DNA from: a virus
Length of the DNA: 64,000 nucleotides
Strand: one strand, 5' to 3'
IMG/VR virus record: IMGVR_UViG_3300050029_000114
Coordinates: 22,052 to 86,051 of that record
The first letter of the stretch is position 1. The number at the start of each line of letters is the position of its first letter. This document shows positions 1 through 8,200 of this stretch, one piece after another. The notes under the pieces are model-generated. The model was not told the DNA's origin and made no database searches. It saw nothing but the letters and a program-made list of their open reading frames with translations. Made by a program: the position numbers and the translations under genes.

Positions 1-156
1 CGGCCGGTAGCAGCCGTGGACCCATCTGTCGAACATGGCCGGGTTATGCGTCGAGCACGGCACGACGGCCCCGCCTCCCGGTAGCTCGATCTGCCCGGTC
101 GGCTGGCCGTCGACCTCGCAGGCGCATGGGGCCTCGATGGTCGCGGCCATGCTCAT
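1..156 (-). CDS. hypothetical Cys-containing protein, runs off the window start
   Basis: ATG at 156 overlaps the upstream gene's stop (ATGA); open frame MSMAATIEAPCACEVDG...PCSTHNP to base 1. Confidence 0.5.
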   Translation of the reverse strand, partial: MSMAATIEAPCACEVDGQPTGQIELPGGGAVVPCSTHNPAMFDRWVHGCYRP

Positions 157-863
157 CTAGCCCGTCGCCGGTCCTGGCCGCTCAACACCACGGCGATCGC
201 CTTGTCGCCCACGAGACGGGAGAATGTGCGGGCCCCGAGATGGGTTTCGAGGGCGGCCCGGTCGAGGTTGCTCGTGATGATCGTCGGCCGCTCGTCAAGC
301 CACCGTCGGTTCACCACGGCGTACAACCGTTCGGCGGTCCACTCGGTGGCCCGTTCCCCGCCTACGTCGTCGATGACGAGCAGGTCTACCCCGGTCAGGG
401 CGTCGAGTGCCCTCTCCGGGCCGTTGGGCCGTAGCTCCTCCAACATCTCGTCGATCGGCTTGAACGCGATCGTGGCGCCCTCGTCGCTGGCCGCCCGGAT
501 CGCAGCGCACGCCAGATGGCTTTTCCCGGTCCCGACGGGGCCGAGGATCACGAGGTTCCTGCCTCCCGGGTCCGTCGACCAGTCGCCTATCCGCTCTCCG
601 GGGATCAGCCCGACGAAGTCGGCCAGCCGGGCCTCGTGGAACCGGGGCGGTATCGCCCGCTCCCACCGGGCCCATGCGTTCCGCTCGTCGGCCTCCGCCC
701 TGGCGGCCGCTCTGACCTCGGGGTCCATGCTGAGGGCCCTTAGCGTGACCGGCTGGTCCGCGGCCGGGAGCGGGGGCTGTAGGGCCCCTCCACGGTCGGC
801 TAGCTGCCGCTTCAGGTCGGCGATCAAGCTCGCCTGGCCGATGCGCTGCGGCTCGCCGCTCAT
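153..863 (-). CDS. DnaC/IstB-like AAA+ helicase loader
   Basis: Walker A GPVGTGKS, Walker B LLVIDDVG, TIITSNL and RTFSRL motifs; directly follows the initiator gene. Confidence 0.9.
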   Translation of the reverse strand: MSGEPQRIGQASLIADLKRQLADRGGALQPPLPAADQPVTLRALSMDPEVRAAARAEADERNAWARWERAIPPRFHEARLADFVGLIPGERIGDWSTDPGGRNLVILGPVGTGKSHLACAAIRAASDEGATIAFKPIDEMLEELRPNGPERALDALTGVDLLVIDDVGGERATEWTAERLYAVVNRRWLDERPTIITSNLDRAALETHLGARTFSRLVGDKAIAVVLSGQDRRRAR

Positions 864-870
864 GCCATCA

Positions 871-885
871 ACTCTAGCGCGCTAT
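871..885 (-). promoter_or_regulatory. TAGCGCGCTA palindrome box with -10 TAGAGT (leaderless promoter of loader gene)
   Basis: - strand atagcgcgcTAGAGT, then 7 nt, then ATG at 863; member of a repeated family. Confidence 0.7.
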
Positions 886-909
886 GGCTGCCCGTGCGTC
901 CCATTACCG

Positions 910-1632
910 TCACAGGTCTTCAATGTACCCGCTCGGCTGCGATCTATCCGTCATCATGCCAGCGTCCCGTCCTCCGCCGTTCGCTTTCGGTGTCGGGCGT
1001 TCGTCCAGCCATCTGTCCTTATTCAGCCAGGTAGCGGGGTAGGGGATGAAGTCCCGTTCGCATCCCGGGAAGGCAGCGAACATACGGGCCGCCGCGATAA
1101 TCGTGTCCGGGTCGGCGCGCTTGACCGCCTTGTCCCATGCTCGCTTGGCGTCGGCTCGGGCTACGTGGCGGGGATAGGGGACGTAGAACTCATCGAATCG
1201 TGATTCGGGGTTCTTCTTCCCTTCATCTACTTCTAAACCTAATAAAAGGCGCGATTCCGGTTCAATACCGCTCTCGTGCGGTTTCGAGTCCGCGTCGGTG
1301 CGGTTTCGAGTCCGCGTCGGTGCGGTCTTGTCGTCGGGGGTCGTGGGCCACAGCCAATAGCTCACGAGAGGGTGCCCTCCCCCGGGGCGAGCCGTGCGCT
1401 CGATGGTCACCGCACCGACCGCTGTCAGGTCTGCGATCGCCCTGTCGAGGGTGTCAGTTGAGTAGCCGGTTAGTTCTGCCAGCCTGGGTCGGCTGGGATG
1501 GGCCTCGTCGCTCGTTATGGCATGGGACTGGAGTACTAACAGGAGCCGAATGGCGCGGTCTGGAAGCGGCGGGTCGTGGAACAGAAACCGTTTATAGATG
1601 GCGACGAATGGCTCGCCGTGAAGGCGGGCCAC
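910..1632 (-). CDS. phage replication initiator (N-terminal wHTH, C-terminal replisome-organizer-type domain)
   Basis: HPSRPRLAELTGYSTDTLDRAIADL HTH; FDEFYVPYPRHVARADAKRAW...IPYPATWLNKDRWLDE; lies between ssb and loader. Confidence 0.8.
   Translation of the reverse strand: MARLHGEPFVAIYKRFLFHDPPLPDRAIRLLLVLQSHAITSDEAHPSRPRLAELTGYSTDTLDRAIADLTAVGAVTIERTARPGGGHPLVSYWLWPTTPDDKTAPTRTRNRTDADSKPHESGIEPESRLLLGLEVDEGKKNPESRFDEFYVPYPRHVARADAKRAWDKAVKRADPDTIIAAARMFAAFPGCERDFIPYPATWLNKDRWLDERPTPKANGGGRDAGMMTDRSQPSGYIEDL
1211..1326. repeat. putative replication origin: 22-bp iterons plus AT-rich tract inside the initiator gene
   Basis: GTGCGGTTTCGAGTCCGCGTCG at 1276-1297 and 1298-1319, partial copy at 1320-1326; AT-rich run at about 1211-1250. 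Confidence 0.65.
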
Positions 1633-2145
1633 CTACATCTGCCAGCGGGGCCGCATCCGATCCCTCGTCGGGTCCGGCGCCATCTCGATAGCGAACGGTT
1701 CTTCCTCTTGCGGTCCCGCATAGGTCGATCCGCCGCTCGCCGCTGTCCGGCCTCCGCTCCGCTCGCTGGGCTCGTTCGGCGTGTGCCGCTCGTTCTTCGT
1801 GACCGTGACGGTCGCCCAACTCATCGCGGCGCCTATCTCGTCGGCGACAAGCTCGACCTTCGACCGTTTCTGGCCCTCTTGGTTCTCCCAGGTCCGCTGG
1901 TCGAGGCGGCCCGTCACGATCAGCCGTGTGCCCTTCTCGATGGACTCGGCGGTGTTCTCGGCTAGCTGGCCCCAGCAGGTCACGTCGAAGAACGACACTT
2001 CTTCGACCCATTCGTCATCCCGTTTCCATGATCGGTTGACGGCGAGCCCGAAGCTCGCGGTGGCCTTGCCGCTCGCGGTGAACCGTAGCTCGGGGGCCCG
2101 GGTGCAGTTGCCGGTCAGGGTGATCGCATTCGTGTTCCTGCTCAT
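1633..2145 (-). CDS. ssb: single-stranded DNA-binding protein
   Basis: ITLTGNCTRAPELRFTASGKATASFGLAVN...FFDVTCWGQLAEN...GRLDQRTWE, acidic EEEPF tail. Confidence 0.95.
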   Translation of the reverse strand: MSRNTNAITLTGNCTRAPELRFTASGKATASFGLAVNRSWKRDDEWVEEVSFFDVTCWGQLAENTAESIEKGTRLIVTGRLDQRTWENQEGQKRSKVELVADEIGAAMSWATVTVTKNERHTPNEPSERSGGRTAASGGSTYAGPQEEEPFAIEMAPDPTRDRMRPRWQM

Positions 2146-2600
2146 CGTGTGCTCGCTGGTGGGTGAGGGTGTCGCTCGTGTGCTGCCTGGAGGGAGGGTG
2201 GGAGCCTGCTAACCAGTCGGGGGGTGAGACGCGGCCATAGGGTCCGGGCCTCGATCCCTTCCTCTGGCTTGGTCGGGTCGACCCATCGGATCAGCCCGTA
2301 GGTGACTAGCTGCCCGAACGCTCGGGCGAGCGGGCTGTTCCGGTTCGTTTCGTCCCGGCCGCCGTGTCTCGGGCTCACGCCGAGGCTGGCAGCGAGCATC
2401 TCGATCAGGATGGGGGTGCAGCGGTCGGGCCTCGCTATCGCCGCAAGGCGTTGCCCGGCTAGGAGGGCCGTCGGTCCGACGATCGGCAGCCAGTACGTCA
2501 GGCTGTAGGAAGTCATGGGGCTCGTGAACCCGTCGGCGGCGGCCGGGTCGCACCATTCGGCAACGATCAGTCTCTCGGGCAGGGGAATCCGGGCGCTCAT
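2142..2600 (-). CDS. hypothetical replication-associated wHTH-like protein
   Basis: YWLPIVGPTALL...LAASLGV...AFGQLVTYGLI; coupled to ERF and ssb by ATGA overlaps. Confidence 0.55.
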   Translation of the reverse strand: MSARIPLPERLIVAEWCDPAAADGFTSPMTSYSLTYWLPIVGPTALLAGQRLAAIARPDRCTPILIEMLAASLGVSPRHGGRDETNRNSPLARAFGQLVTYGLIRWVDPTKPEEGIEARTLWPRLTPRLVSRLPPSLQAAHERHPHPPASTR

Positions 2601-3646
2601 AGCGCCTGCTTTTTGGCGTCGGCGTCGGCCTTGATGATCGCCGTTCCCAGCCGCTTGCGGAGTGTGTCGAGGTTCCCGTTCGTGGACCGCCCTCGCCGCT
2701 GCAACCGTTCGGCCAGGGCCCTCGGGCTCAACTTGGCGATCGCCTCGATCATCGGGTCGATGCCCTTGTCGGCGAACAGGTCGTCAAGGTTGTCCCGCTG
2801 ATATTCGCCTTCCTGGCGGTCGCTGTCCGGCCCGTCTGCCGTTTCGGGGGCGCTTGCCGCCCGTCCCGGCTGCGGCGGCTCTGGCGGCCCTGTGGGGGCC
2901 TCTGGCTGGCTCGTGGTCTTGCCGGTCTGGATAGCTGTCGTCACTTGGGCGACGAACGCCTCGTGGGCAGCCGGAGTCTTGACCGCTGTCTGCCAGGTGG
3001 CCCAAAGGTCGGCGCCCTGTTCCTTCGTCAGTTCCCCCGCCTCGGTGTGGGCGTGCAGGTCGTTCTTCGTCTGCTGGCGGGTCTGCTGGTAGTGCTCGTC
3101 GCTGTCCCAGCCGTGCTCATGGGCCCATATCTCGGCCTGTTCGGCCTCGGTCTTGGTCGGTGCGCCGGGGGCGTCCGTCTCGCTGTGGCTGCTGTCGGCG
3201 TCGTCTTTCGCATCGCCGATCTGGAATAGCTCCATCAGGCAGTACTTGAACGCCTGCGTCTCCGCCTTGTTCGCGCCCTTGTCACTGTTGTCCCGGCCGA
3301 GCCCGATGAGCGGGCCCGCCTCGATGTAGTCGGTGATCCCGCCGGGCCCGTAGACGGTGTAGGTGATCGTCAGGCAGTCCTCAGTCCACGGTTTCCCGTT
3401 GGAGAGGTAGTCCTTGACGGACCGGTCGATGACGTGGGGGACGATGACGACGCCGTGGCGGGCGCACAGCCGTTGCGCCTCTGCGGTGATCGCCTCGATG
3501 CCCCGGTAGCGGTATTGCGCTCCCTGGGTCATCTGCTCGTTTTTGCCGATGGGCGGCATGTCCCGCATGACGCGGGCTATCGCCTCGATGACGTGCGCAG
3601 CGGGCGCCTCGGTCGCGGTCGTTGCGGTCGTGGTCTGCTCTGCCAT
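2597..3646 (-). CDS. ERF-family ssDNA annealing recombinase
   Basis: YRYRGIEAITAEAQRLCARHGV...GRDNSDKGANKAETQAFKYCLMELFQI; GGAGG RBS. Confidence 0.85.
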   Translation of the reverse strand: MAEQTTTATTATEAPAAHVIEAIARVMRDMPPIGKNEQMTQGAQYRYRGIEAITAEAQRLCARHGVVIVPHVIDRSVKDYLSNGKPWTEDCLTITYTVYGPGGITDYIEAGPLIGLGRDNSDKGANKAETQAFKYCLMELFQIGDAKDDADSSHSETDAPGAPTKTEAEQAEIWAHEHGWDSDEHYQQTRQQTKNDLHAHTEAGELTKEQGADLWATWQTAVKTPAAHEAFVAQVTTAIQTGKTTSQPEAPTGPPEPPQPGRAASAPETADGPDSDRQEGEYQRDNLDDLFADKGIDPMIEAIAKLSPRALAERLQRRGRSTNGNLDTLRKRLGTAIIKADADAKKQAL

Positions 3647-3685
3647 TGTTGGCCTCCGGGGCTCGGTGAGGGTGACGGTCGAAGT

Positions 3686-3871
3686 CTACTGCGGGGGTGT
3701 GTCCGATAAGCCAGCGAGCATGGCGGCGGAAGCTAGGACCAGCCGCCCGGTTACGCCGTCGACCGTCGGGGCGCCCCCGTCGAATAGGCATTCCAGAAGT
3801 TCGCCGCAGCGGTCCTCGCTGATGGCCGCCTCGAAGATACGCCGGGCTGCTGCGTCTAATGGGTGGCTCAT
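3686..3871 (-). CDS. small hypothetical protein
   Basis: MSHPLDAAARRIFEAA...; ATGA overlap with upstream gene. Confidence 0.55.
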   Translation of the reverse strand: MSHPLDAAARRIFEAAISEDRCGELLECLFDGGAPTVDGVTGRLVLASAAMLAGLSDTPPQ

Positions 3872-4506
3872 GCGGGGGCGACCTTGACGGTCAGGTGTTC
3901 GGGCTCGATCATCAGGCCCGGCACGACGGCTACCTCGCCGGTTGTCGCGTCGACGATCTGGCCGTCCTTGATCTTGAACCGGTCCTGCACCTTGTCGGCT
4001 ACCGGCTGCGGGTGCGCCTTCAATGTCTCCGGCGCGTTCGTCTCCGCCCACGCCACGTAGGCGTCCTTCCCGACGATCTTCACCGTGTCGGCGTGCATCG
4101 TGGACCGCACGACCCCCGATGGCAGCGAGAGGGTTTTGGCGGTCGGGTCGGCCTCCCGGCGGGCCCGCTGGTAGCGGTTGAGATGGTTCTCGAAGAACAC
4201 GATCTTCGCGGCCGGGCGGCGCCGCTGGGCGGTAAGCCAGTCGGTAACCTGCTCGACCCAATGCTGGGCTTTCGCTTCGGCGTCGGCTATCTCCCGATTC
4301 GCGGCAGCGACATGGCGCATGGCCCACTCGGCGCTGTTGTCATCCTCGATCCGCCATGCGTAGGCGCGGGACGCGCTCGACATCGGGTGCGGGATCGGCT
4401 GGGTGCTGTTCTGGCTGAGGATCAGGTCGACCGCTAACTCGACCTCGTGCGGGTCGAGCCCGGTGGTCGGCGCTGATAACTCGGGGGGAATCGGGTCGGC
4501 TGTCAT
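3868..4506 (-). CDS. Mu Gam-like host-nuclease inhibitor / DNA end protection protein
   Basis: SAEWAMRHVAAANREIA...FFENHLNRY...KTLSLPSGVV; GGAGG then 5 nt then ATG at 4506. Confidence 0.75.
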   Translation of the reverse strand: MTADPIPPELSAPTTGLDPHEVELAVDLILSQNSTQPIPHPMSSASRAYAWRIEDDNSAEWAMRHVAAANREIADAEAKAQHWVEQVTDWLTAQRRRPAAKIVFFENHLNRYQRARREADPTAKTLSLPSGVVRSTMHADTVKIVGKDAYVAWAETNAPETLKAHPQPVADKVQDRFKIKDGQIVDATTGEVAVVPGLMIEPEHLTVKVAPA

Positions 4507-4536
4507 GGGCGCCTCCAATGGTGAGGGAACGACCCA

Positions 4537-4550
4537 ACCTTAGCGCGCGG
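4537..4550 (-). promoter_or_regulatory. gcgcgc-TAAGGT promoter box upstream of Gam-like gene
   Basis: degenerate member of the TAGCGCGCTA/-10 family. Confidence 0.55.
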
Positions 4551-4571
4551 GCGGTCCGGCGCGCCGGGGCG

Positions 4572-4862
4572 TCAGTATTGGTACACCGACCACGAGGCCA
4601 GGAGGTTGCCGCCCGTCCACGGCGCCCGGTAGCGGCCGTCGGGGAACACCGCCCCGCAGTTCGTCGTCCCGTACGAGTGGGCCGCGAACGGGATGCCCTC
4701 CCACGAGCCTCGCACCCAATCGTCGAACTCGCTGCCCGTCGAGTTATACCCGGACCAGGCCCGCACGGCGCACGCTAGGGCGGGACCTCGGGTGTGGGCT
4801 TGGACAGGGCTGGCGAACCCGAAGCTCGCTGCCGCTATCAATGCTAGGACTGTCCGTTTCAC
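4572..4862 (-). CDS. small secreted protein
   Basis: Sec signal MKRTVLALIAAASFGFASPVQA; GAGGAGG RBS. Confidence 0.7.
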   Translation of the reverse strand: MKRTVLALIAAASFGFASPVQAHTRGPALACAVRAWSGYNSTGSEFDDWVRGSWEGIPFAAHSYGTTNCGAVFPDGRYRAPWTGGNLLASWSVYQY

Positions 4863-4880
4863 GGGGCCTCCTCGTCCGGG

Positions 4881-4926
4881 GAAAGGTCAGCGCCCCGGGC
4901 CCTCTTGGGGCGCACCGGGGCGCTGA
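4881..4926 (-). terminator. terminator-like hairpin closing the candidate sRNA
   Basis: TCAGCGCCCCGG (4887-4898) / CCGGGGCGCTGA (4915-4926), followed by a weak CCTTTC tail on the - strand. Confidence 0.55.
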
Positions 4927-4987
4927 TGTCGGCCCTCACCGTAGCTCCCGGAGGAGCAAAGGCGTCGAGGGAACCACCGCTCGACGT
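4881..4987 (-). ncRNA. candidate trans-acting antisense small RNA
   Basis: -10 TATAGT at 4993-4998; hairpins at 4963-4986 and 4944-4957 (C-UCCG-G tetraloop on - strand); unpaired GGUGAGGG at 4933-4940; terminal 12-bp hairpin; complementary to several gene leaders. Confidence 0.65.
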
Positions 4988-5166
4988 TGCCCACTATACC
5001 GCTCGGCCGGTCCTCCGGTGTTCCCAAGCCTCATCCCACCCGGCCCGCCATCCCGCCCGGTATGTCTCCTCGAAGCATCGCCGCCCGGCGATCCTCCGTC
5101 CCAGCCATCGCCTCGCCCGCCGTACCCGCGACCCTGGGGGTTGCAGATGCGGGTGATGCACCGGGA

Positions 5167-5610
5167 CTACTTTTGGGCGGCGACCGCTGCGATGTTCACC
5201 CGGTGGATGCCGTTCACGTGGATGGCCGTCAGTAGGCCCTCGACGCCGAGGGCGATCCCGACGACGCTGCTCTGCACGTCGGCCGACACCGAGAACCCTG
5301 GGTGGATCAGGCCGACGAGGGCGACGACGGCCGCTACCGCTCCCGCTATCGCCGTTGCGCCGGTCGCCCCGGTGGCGACGGTGACGGGCGGGCTCGTGTC
5401 GGCTGGCGCCGCGGCCGGGCTCGGGCTCGTGCTCACCCTCGGGTTGAGGTCGACATAGACCGGCAGGGTGATCCCGGTCTGCGTGAGCGCGGCCGTGAGC
5501 GGATGGGATTCGAGGACGGCCTCGCCGGGTGGGAGCGGCGGAGCCCATCCTTGGGCGGCTGCTTCCTCCTGCCAGGTCGGGGCGGCTACGGGCTGGGCCT
5601 GCTCTGACAT
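5167..5610 (-). CDS. membrane protein, holin-like
   Basis: two C-terminal hydrophobic helices (AIAGAVAAVVALVGLI; VVGIALGVEGLLTAI); GGAGGAG RBS. Confidence 0.55.
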   Translation of the reverse strand: MSEQAQPVAAPTWQEEAAAQGWAPPLPPGEAVLESHPLTAALTQTGITLPVYVDLNPRVSTSPSPAAAPADTSPPVTVATGATGATAIAGAVAAVVALVGLIHPGFSVSADVQSSVVGIALGVEGLLTAIHVNGIHRVNIAAVAAQK

Positions 5611-5643
5611 TGGGCGCTCCTCCGGTTACTCGCTGTGACCGGA

Positions 5644-5658
5644 ACGATAGCGCGCTAG
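5644..5658 (-). promoter_or_regulatory. TAGCGCGCTA palindrome box with -10 TATCGT
   Basis: - strand ctagcgcgcTATCGT upstream of 5610. Confidence 0.65.
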
Positions 5659-6131
5659 TGGGCTCCGCCTTGATTCTTGGCCTTCCATCGCTTAACTCGG
5701 CAGTTGTTGCCGCACACCTGCGCGTCCAATCGGAGCGCCGTGATGTCCACCCCGCAAACCTCGCACGCGCGCCGTCCCGCCGCTTGCTTGCGTGCTCGGT
5801 TCAAGCTGGCGATCCCTTGTCCGACGATGCCTTCGCCGTGTTGGTTACGAATGATCGAGCCGATCGGATGGTGCTCACGGTTATGGGTCGACGACGTTTT
5901 CGGGACGAGATTGCCGAGCGTGTTGTCGGTCTTGTCCTCGTTGTCGTGGTGGACGTGGAGGGCCGGGTCCGTTAGCAGCCCGGCATCCCACGCCAGCTTG
6001 CGGTGCTCGGCCACATACCCGTCCGCCATCGCAAGCGGGTGCGTCGGCTCGAACAGCATCACGTATCCCTGGGTGCCGATCCTACGCTTGGTCCCGTAGC
6101 TCGGGCGCTTGCCGCCCTTACCGGATCGCAC
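5655..6131 (-). CDS. HNH endonuclease
   Basis: GYVAEHRKL...VHHDNEDKTDNTLGNL...HNREHH; C-terminal CxxC...CxxxC. Confidence 0.85.
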   Translation of the reverse strand: MRSGKGGKRPSYGTKRRIGTQGYVMLFEPTHPLAMADGYVAEHRKLAWDAGLLTDPALHVHHDNEDKTDNTLGNLVPKTSSTHNREHHPIGSIIRNQHGEGIVGQGIASLNRARKQAAGRRACEVCGVDITALRLDAQVCGNNCRVKRWKAKNQGGAH

Positions 6132-6153
6132 AACTGGTAACTATAGCCGTTAC

Positions 6154-6747
6154 TCAGACTCCGCACATTCGGCTCGTGTTCGGCCACGGTGACCAACCCG
6201 CTCGCGCTTGGAGCCAGACTCCTGCCGCATCCTGCACGCTGGGCGGGGCCAGGTCCGCCCGGCCATTCGCATACCGGGGTAAGCCCATGCCGCGCATGAC
6301 ACTGTTCCACGTTCCGGGCGCCCATTGCAGGGCCCCGTAGTAGCCGTTGCCGGTGTCCTCGGCGTAGTTGCCGCCGCTCTCGTGCTGGCGGATACACGCC
6401 CACACCCCGCCGGGAGCCGGACCGGTCGCTGTCCGCTGGAGGGCGACCTTGTGGGGCGCCCGGGTCGGGGTGCGGGGTGCAGGTGTCCGCGGGGCCGAGG
6501 TTACCCGCTGGGCGGCCCTCGGTGCTGGACTAGGGGCCGTGGCCGCCGGTTGGGCCGGGATTATCGTTGCGGGCGTCTGCGGGCCTTCTAGTGCCCTCTC
6601 GTGGTTAGCCGTCGACCAGGGCCGTGCGCTGGGCGCAAGAACCTCCAGACGGGTAGTGCGGGTGGGCTGGGTTTGGGCGGCCTGGGCAGCGATAAGGCTG
6701 GCGCCGATCAGCGCAGCTATCCCAAGCCGGAGCCTTGCTCCGAGCAT
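6154..6747 (-). CDS. secreted Rpf-like (resuscitation-promoting factor) lytic transglycosylase
   Basis: signal peptide, Pro/Thr/Ala linker, WACIRQHESGGNY..DTGNGYYGALQW..GTW...GWSPWP; TAGGGT 6 nt before ATG. Confidence 0.9.
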   Translation of the reverse strand: MLGARLRLGIAALIGASLIAAQAAQTQPTRTTRLEVLAPSARPWSTANHERALEGPQTPATIIPAQPAATAPSPAPRAAQRVTSAPRTPAPRTPTRAPHKVALQRTATGPAPGGVWACIRQHESGGNYAEDTGNGYYGALQWAPGTWNSVMRGMGLPRYANGRADLAPPSVQDAAGVWLQARAGWSPWPNTSRMCGV

Positions 6748-6787
6748 CCGGCGACCCTAATGCCTGGCTGCCGGGCCGTGTCAAGTC

Positions 6788-7054
6788 TCACGCAAGTTTC
6801 CCTATCACCAGCGGGTCGGCCCCGGACGGCGCCAACGTCAAGTCGACGATCACCGTGTCGCCGATCGTCGGCGAATACGAAGCCAGGTAGCTGACATTCG
6901 GAATCGTCACCGTCCCGATCACGACATCCACACTGTTCGGGCCCGTATGCGTCGCCGCTATCACTCCCCACCGTCGCCACACGTTCCCGCCCGGCGGGCC
7001 CGGCACCAACCGCGAAGCGATGGCCCGCTCGGTCGCAGCTACCGCCGGGTGCAT
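6788..7054 (-). CDS. small tail-tip/baseplate protein (OB-fold-like)
   Basis: TGATG-coupled start at 7054; GVIAATH...YLASYSPTIGDTVIV...LVIGKL; last gene of tail operon. Confidence 0.6.
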   Translation of the reverse strand: MHPAVAATERAIASRLVPGPPGGNVWRRWGVIAATHTGPNSVDVVIGTVTIPNVSYLASYSPTIGDTVIVDLTLAPSGADPLVIGKLA

Positions 7055-8199
7055 CAGGTGTTCCTCGCCGCAACCGACACGAAAGTCTGCGGCGCGGTCA
7101 AATCGGCGACGAACGTGAAGCTCTGGATCGCCACCGTCGGGATCACCCCAAGGTCGGCCATCAAGTCGACCGTCACCACGTCGTAGCCTTCGAGCGCCGG
7201 GTGCGGGGCCGCGGACCATGAAAGCTGTTCGCTGCCGCCCGCGTTCTGGAGCAGCAACGCCAGCGCAGCGGCGTCGCAGTCGCCCTGAGTCGTGATAGAC
7301 GATGTGTTCAAGAACACCGGCCTCCGCCCGAACGCACCCGGGTAGATCGGCGACAACGGGTTCGTTATCTCGGCCTCACCGCGCAACGGCACAGCGATCC
7401 CGGTCCCGCTCGCCGTCACCACCGCTACGTTCGCGGCGGCCTTCCCGCCGACGGGGGCGAGCGTCACCAGCCGGTTCGTCGCTGCCGTCGTAAGGTTCTC
7501 GTCGCCCGCCAGGTACTCCCAAACTGGCGGCAGGCTCGTCGGGTCCGGGTATGCCCTCAACACGACGGTCCCGGTCGCGTCGAAGTAGAGCACCATCCCC
7601 CCGGCCGCCGCCAAAGCGATCGCGCTCGCCCACGGGTCGGTGTTCTCCTGATAGACCGTCAACGGGACAAGCTGGCCGGTGCCCGCCAAGTTGTATGTCA
7701 GGCCCGGGTACCGGGAATCGATGATATCGTGGATCGCCGTCGCCAGGTTCGTCCCGGCCGCGATCACATACGGAACCTCGAACTTGGCCCCCGCCACCAC
7801 CACCGACCGGTCGCTGCCGATCAACGGGATCGCCCCGGTCGTGTCCGGCGTAACATCCTCCAGGCGGAACACCCCGCACGGCAGGAGCTCGGGCGGGCTG
7901 CCGTCGTTGTAGTCGAACCCGCTGTATAGCAATAGCTCCGATAGGTACGGGGCGAGCGGCGCATTCGGGTTCGTCGGGGTCAGCGACAGGTCGCCCGGGT
8001 CGACGCTCGATGCTCTCAGTTTCCGCAGGGTCGGCGCTGTCGTGTCGAGCGTGACCGCCGCACCGGGCAGCAACGGAATGTCCTTCAACGTCGAGGACAC
8101 CGCGCCCGACGAGATGTTCACCTGCTGAATGTCAGCGCGCACCACCGGGCTCCCGCCGTTGATCACTGCGTTGTCGAACGCCTTCGTCCGGGTCAGCAT
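7054..8199 (-). CDS. minor tail / baseplate hub protein (DUF5047-like)
   Basis: LAPYLSELLLYSGFDY...LPCGVFRL...PHPALEGYDVVTV; position after distal tail; start at MLTRTKAF. Confidence 0.7.
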   Translation of the reverse strand: MLTRTKAFDNAVINGGSPVVRADIQQVNISSGAVSSTLKDIPLLPGAAVTLDTTAPTLRKLRASSVDPGDLSLTPTNPNAPLAPYLSELLLYSGFDYNDGSPPELLPCGVFRLEDVTPDTTGAIPLIGSDRSVVVAGAKFEVPYVIAAGTNLATAIHDIIDSRYPGLTYNLAGTGQLVPLTVYQENTDPWASAIALAAAGGMVLYFDATGTVVLRAYPDPTSLPPVWEYLAGDENLTTAATNRLVTLAPVGGKAAANVAVVTASGTGIAVPLRGEAEITNPLSPIYPGAFGRRPVFLNTSSITTQGDCDAAALALLLQNAGGSEQLSWSAAPHPALEGYDVVTVDLMADLGVIPTVAIQSFTFVADLTAPQTFVSVAARNT

Positions 8200-8200
8200 C

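Noticed and set aside
153-863. IS21 element suggested by an IstB-like ATPase
   Set aside because: No IstA transposase or terminal inverted repeats; context (initiator, ssb, ERF) fits a phage helicase loader.
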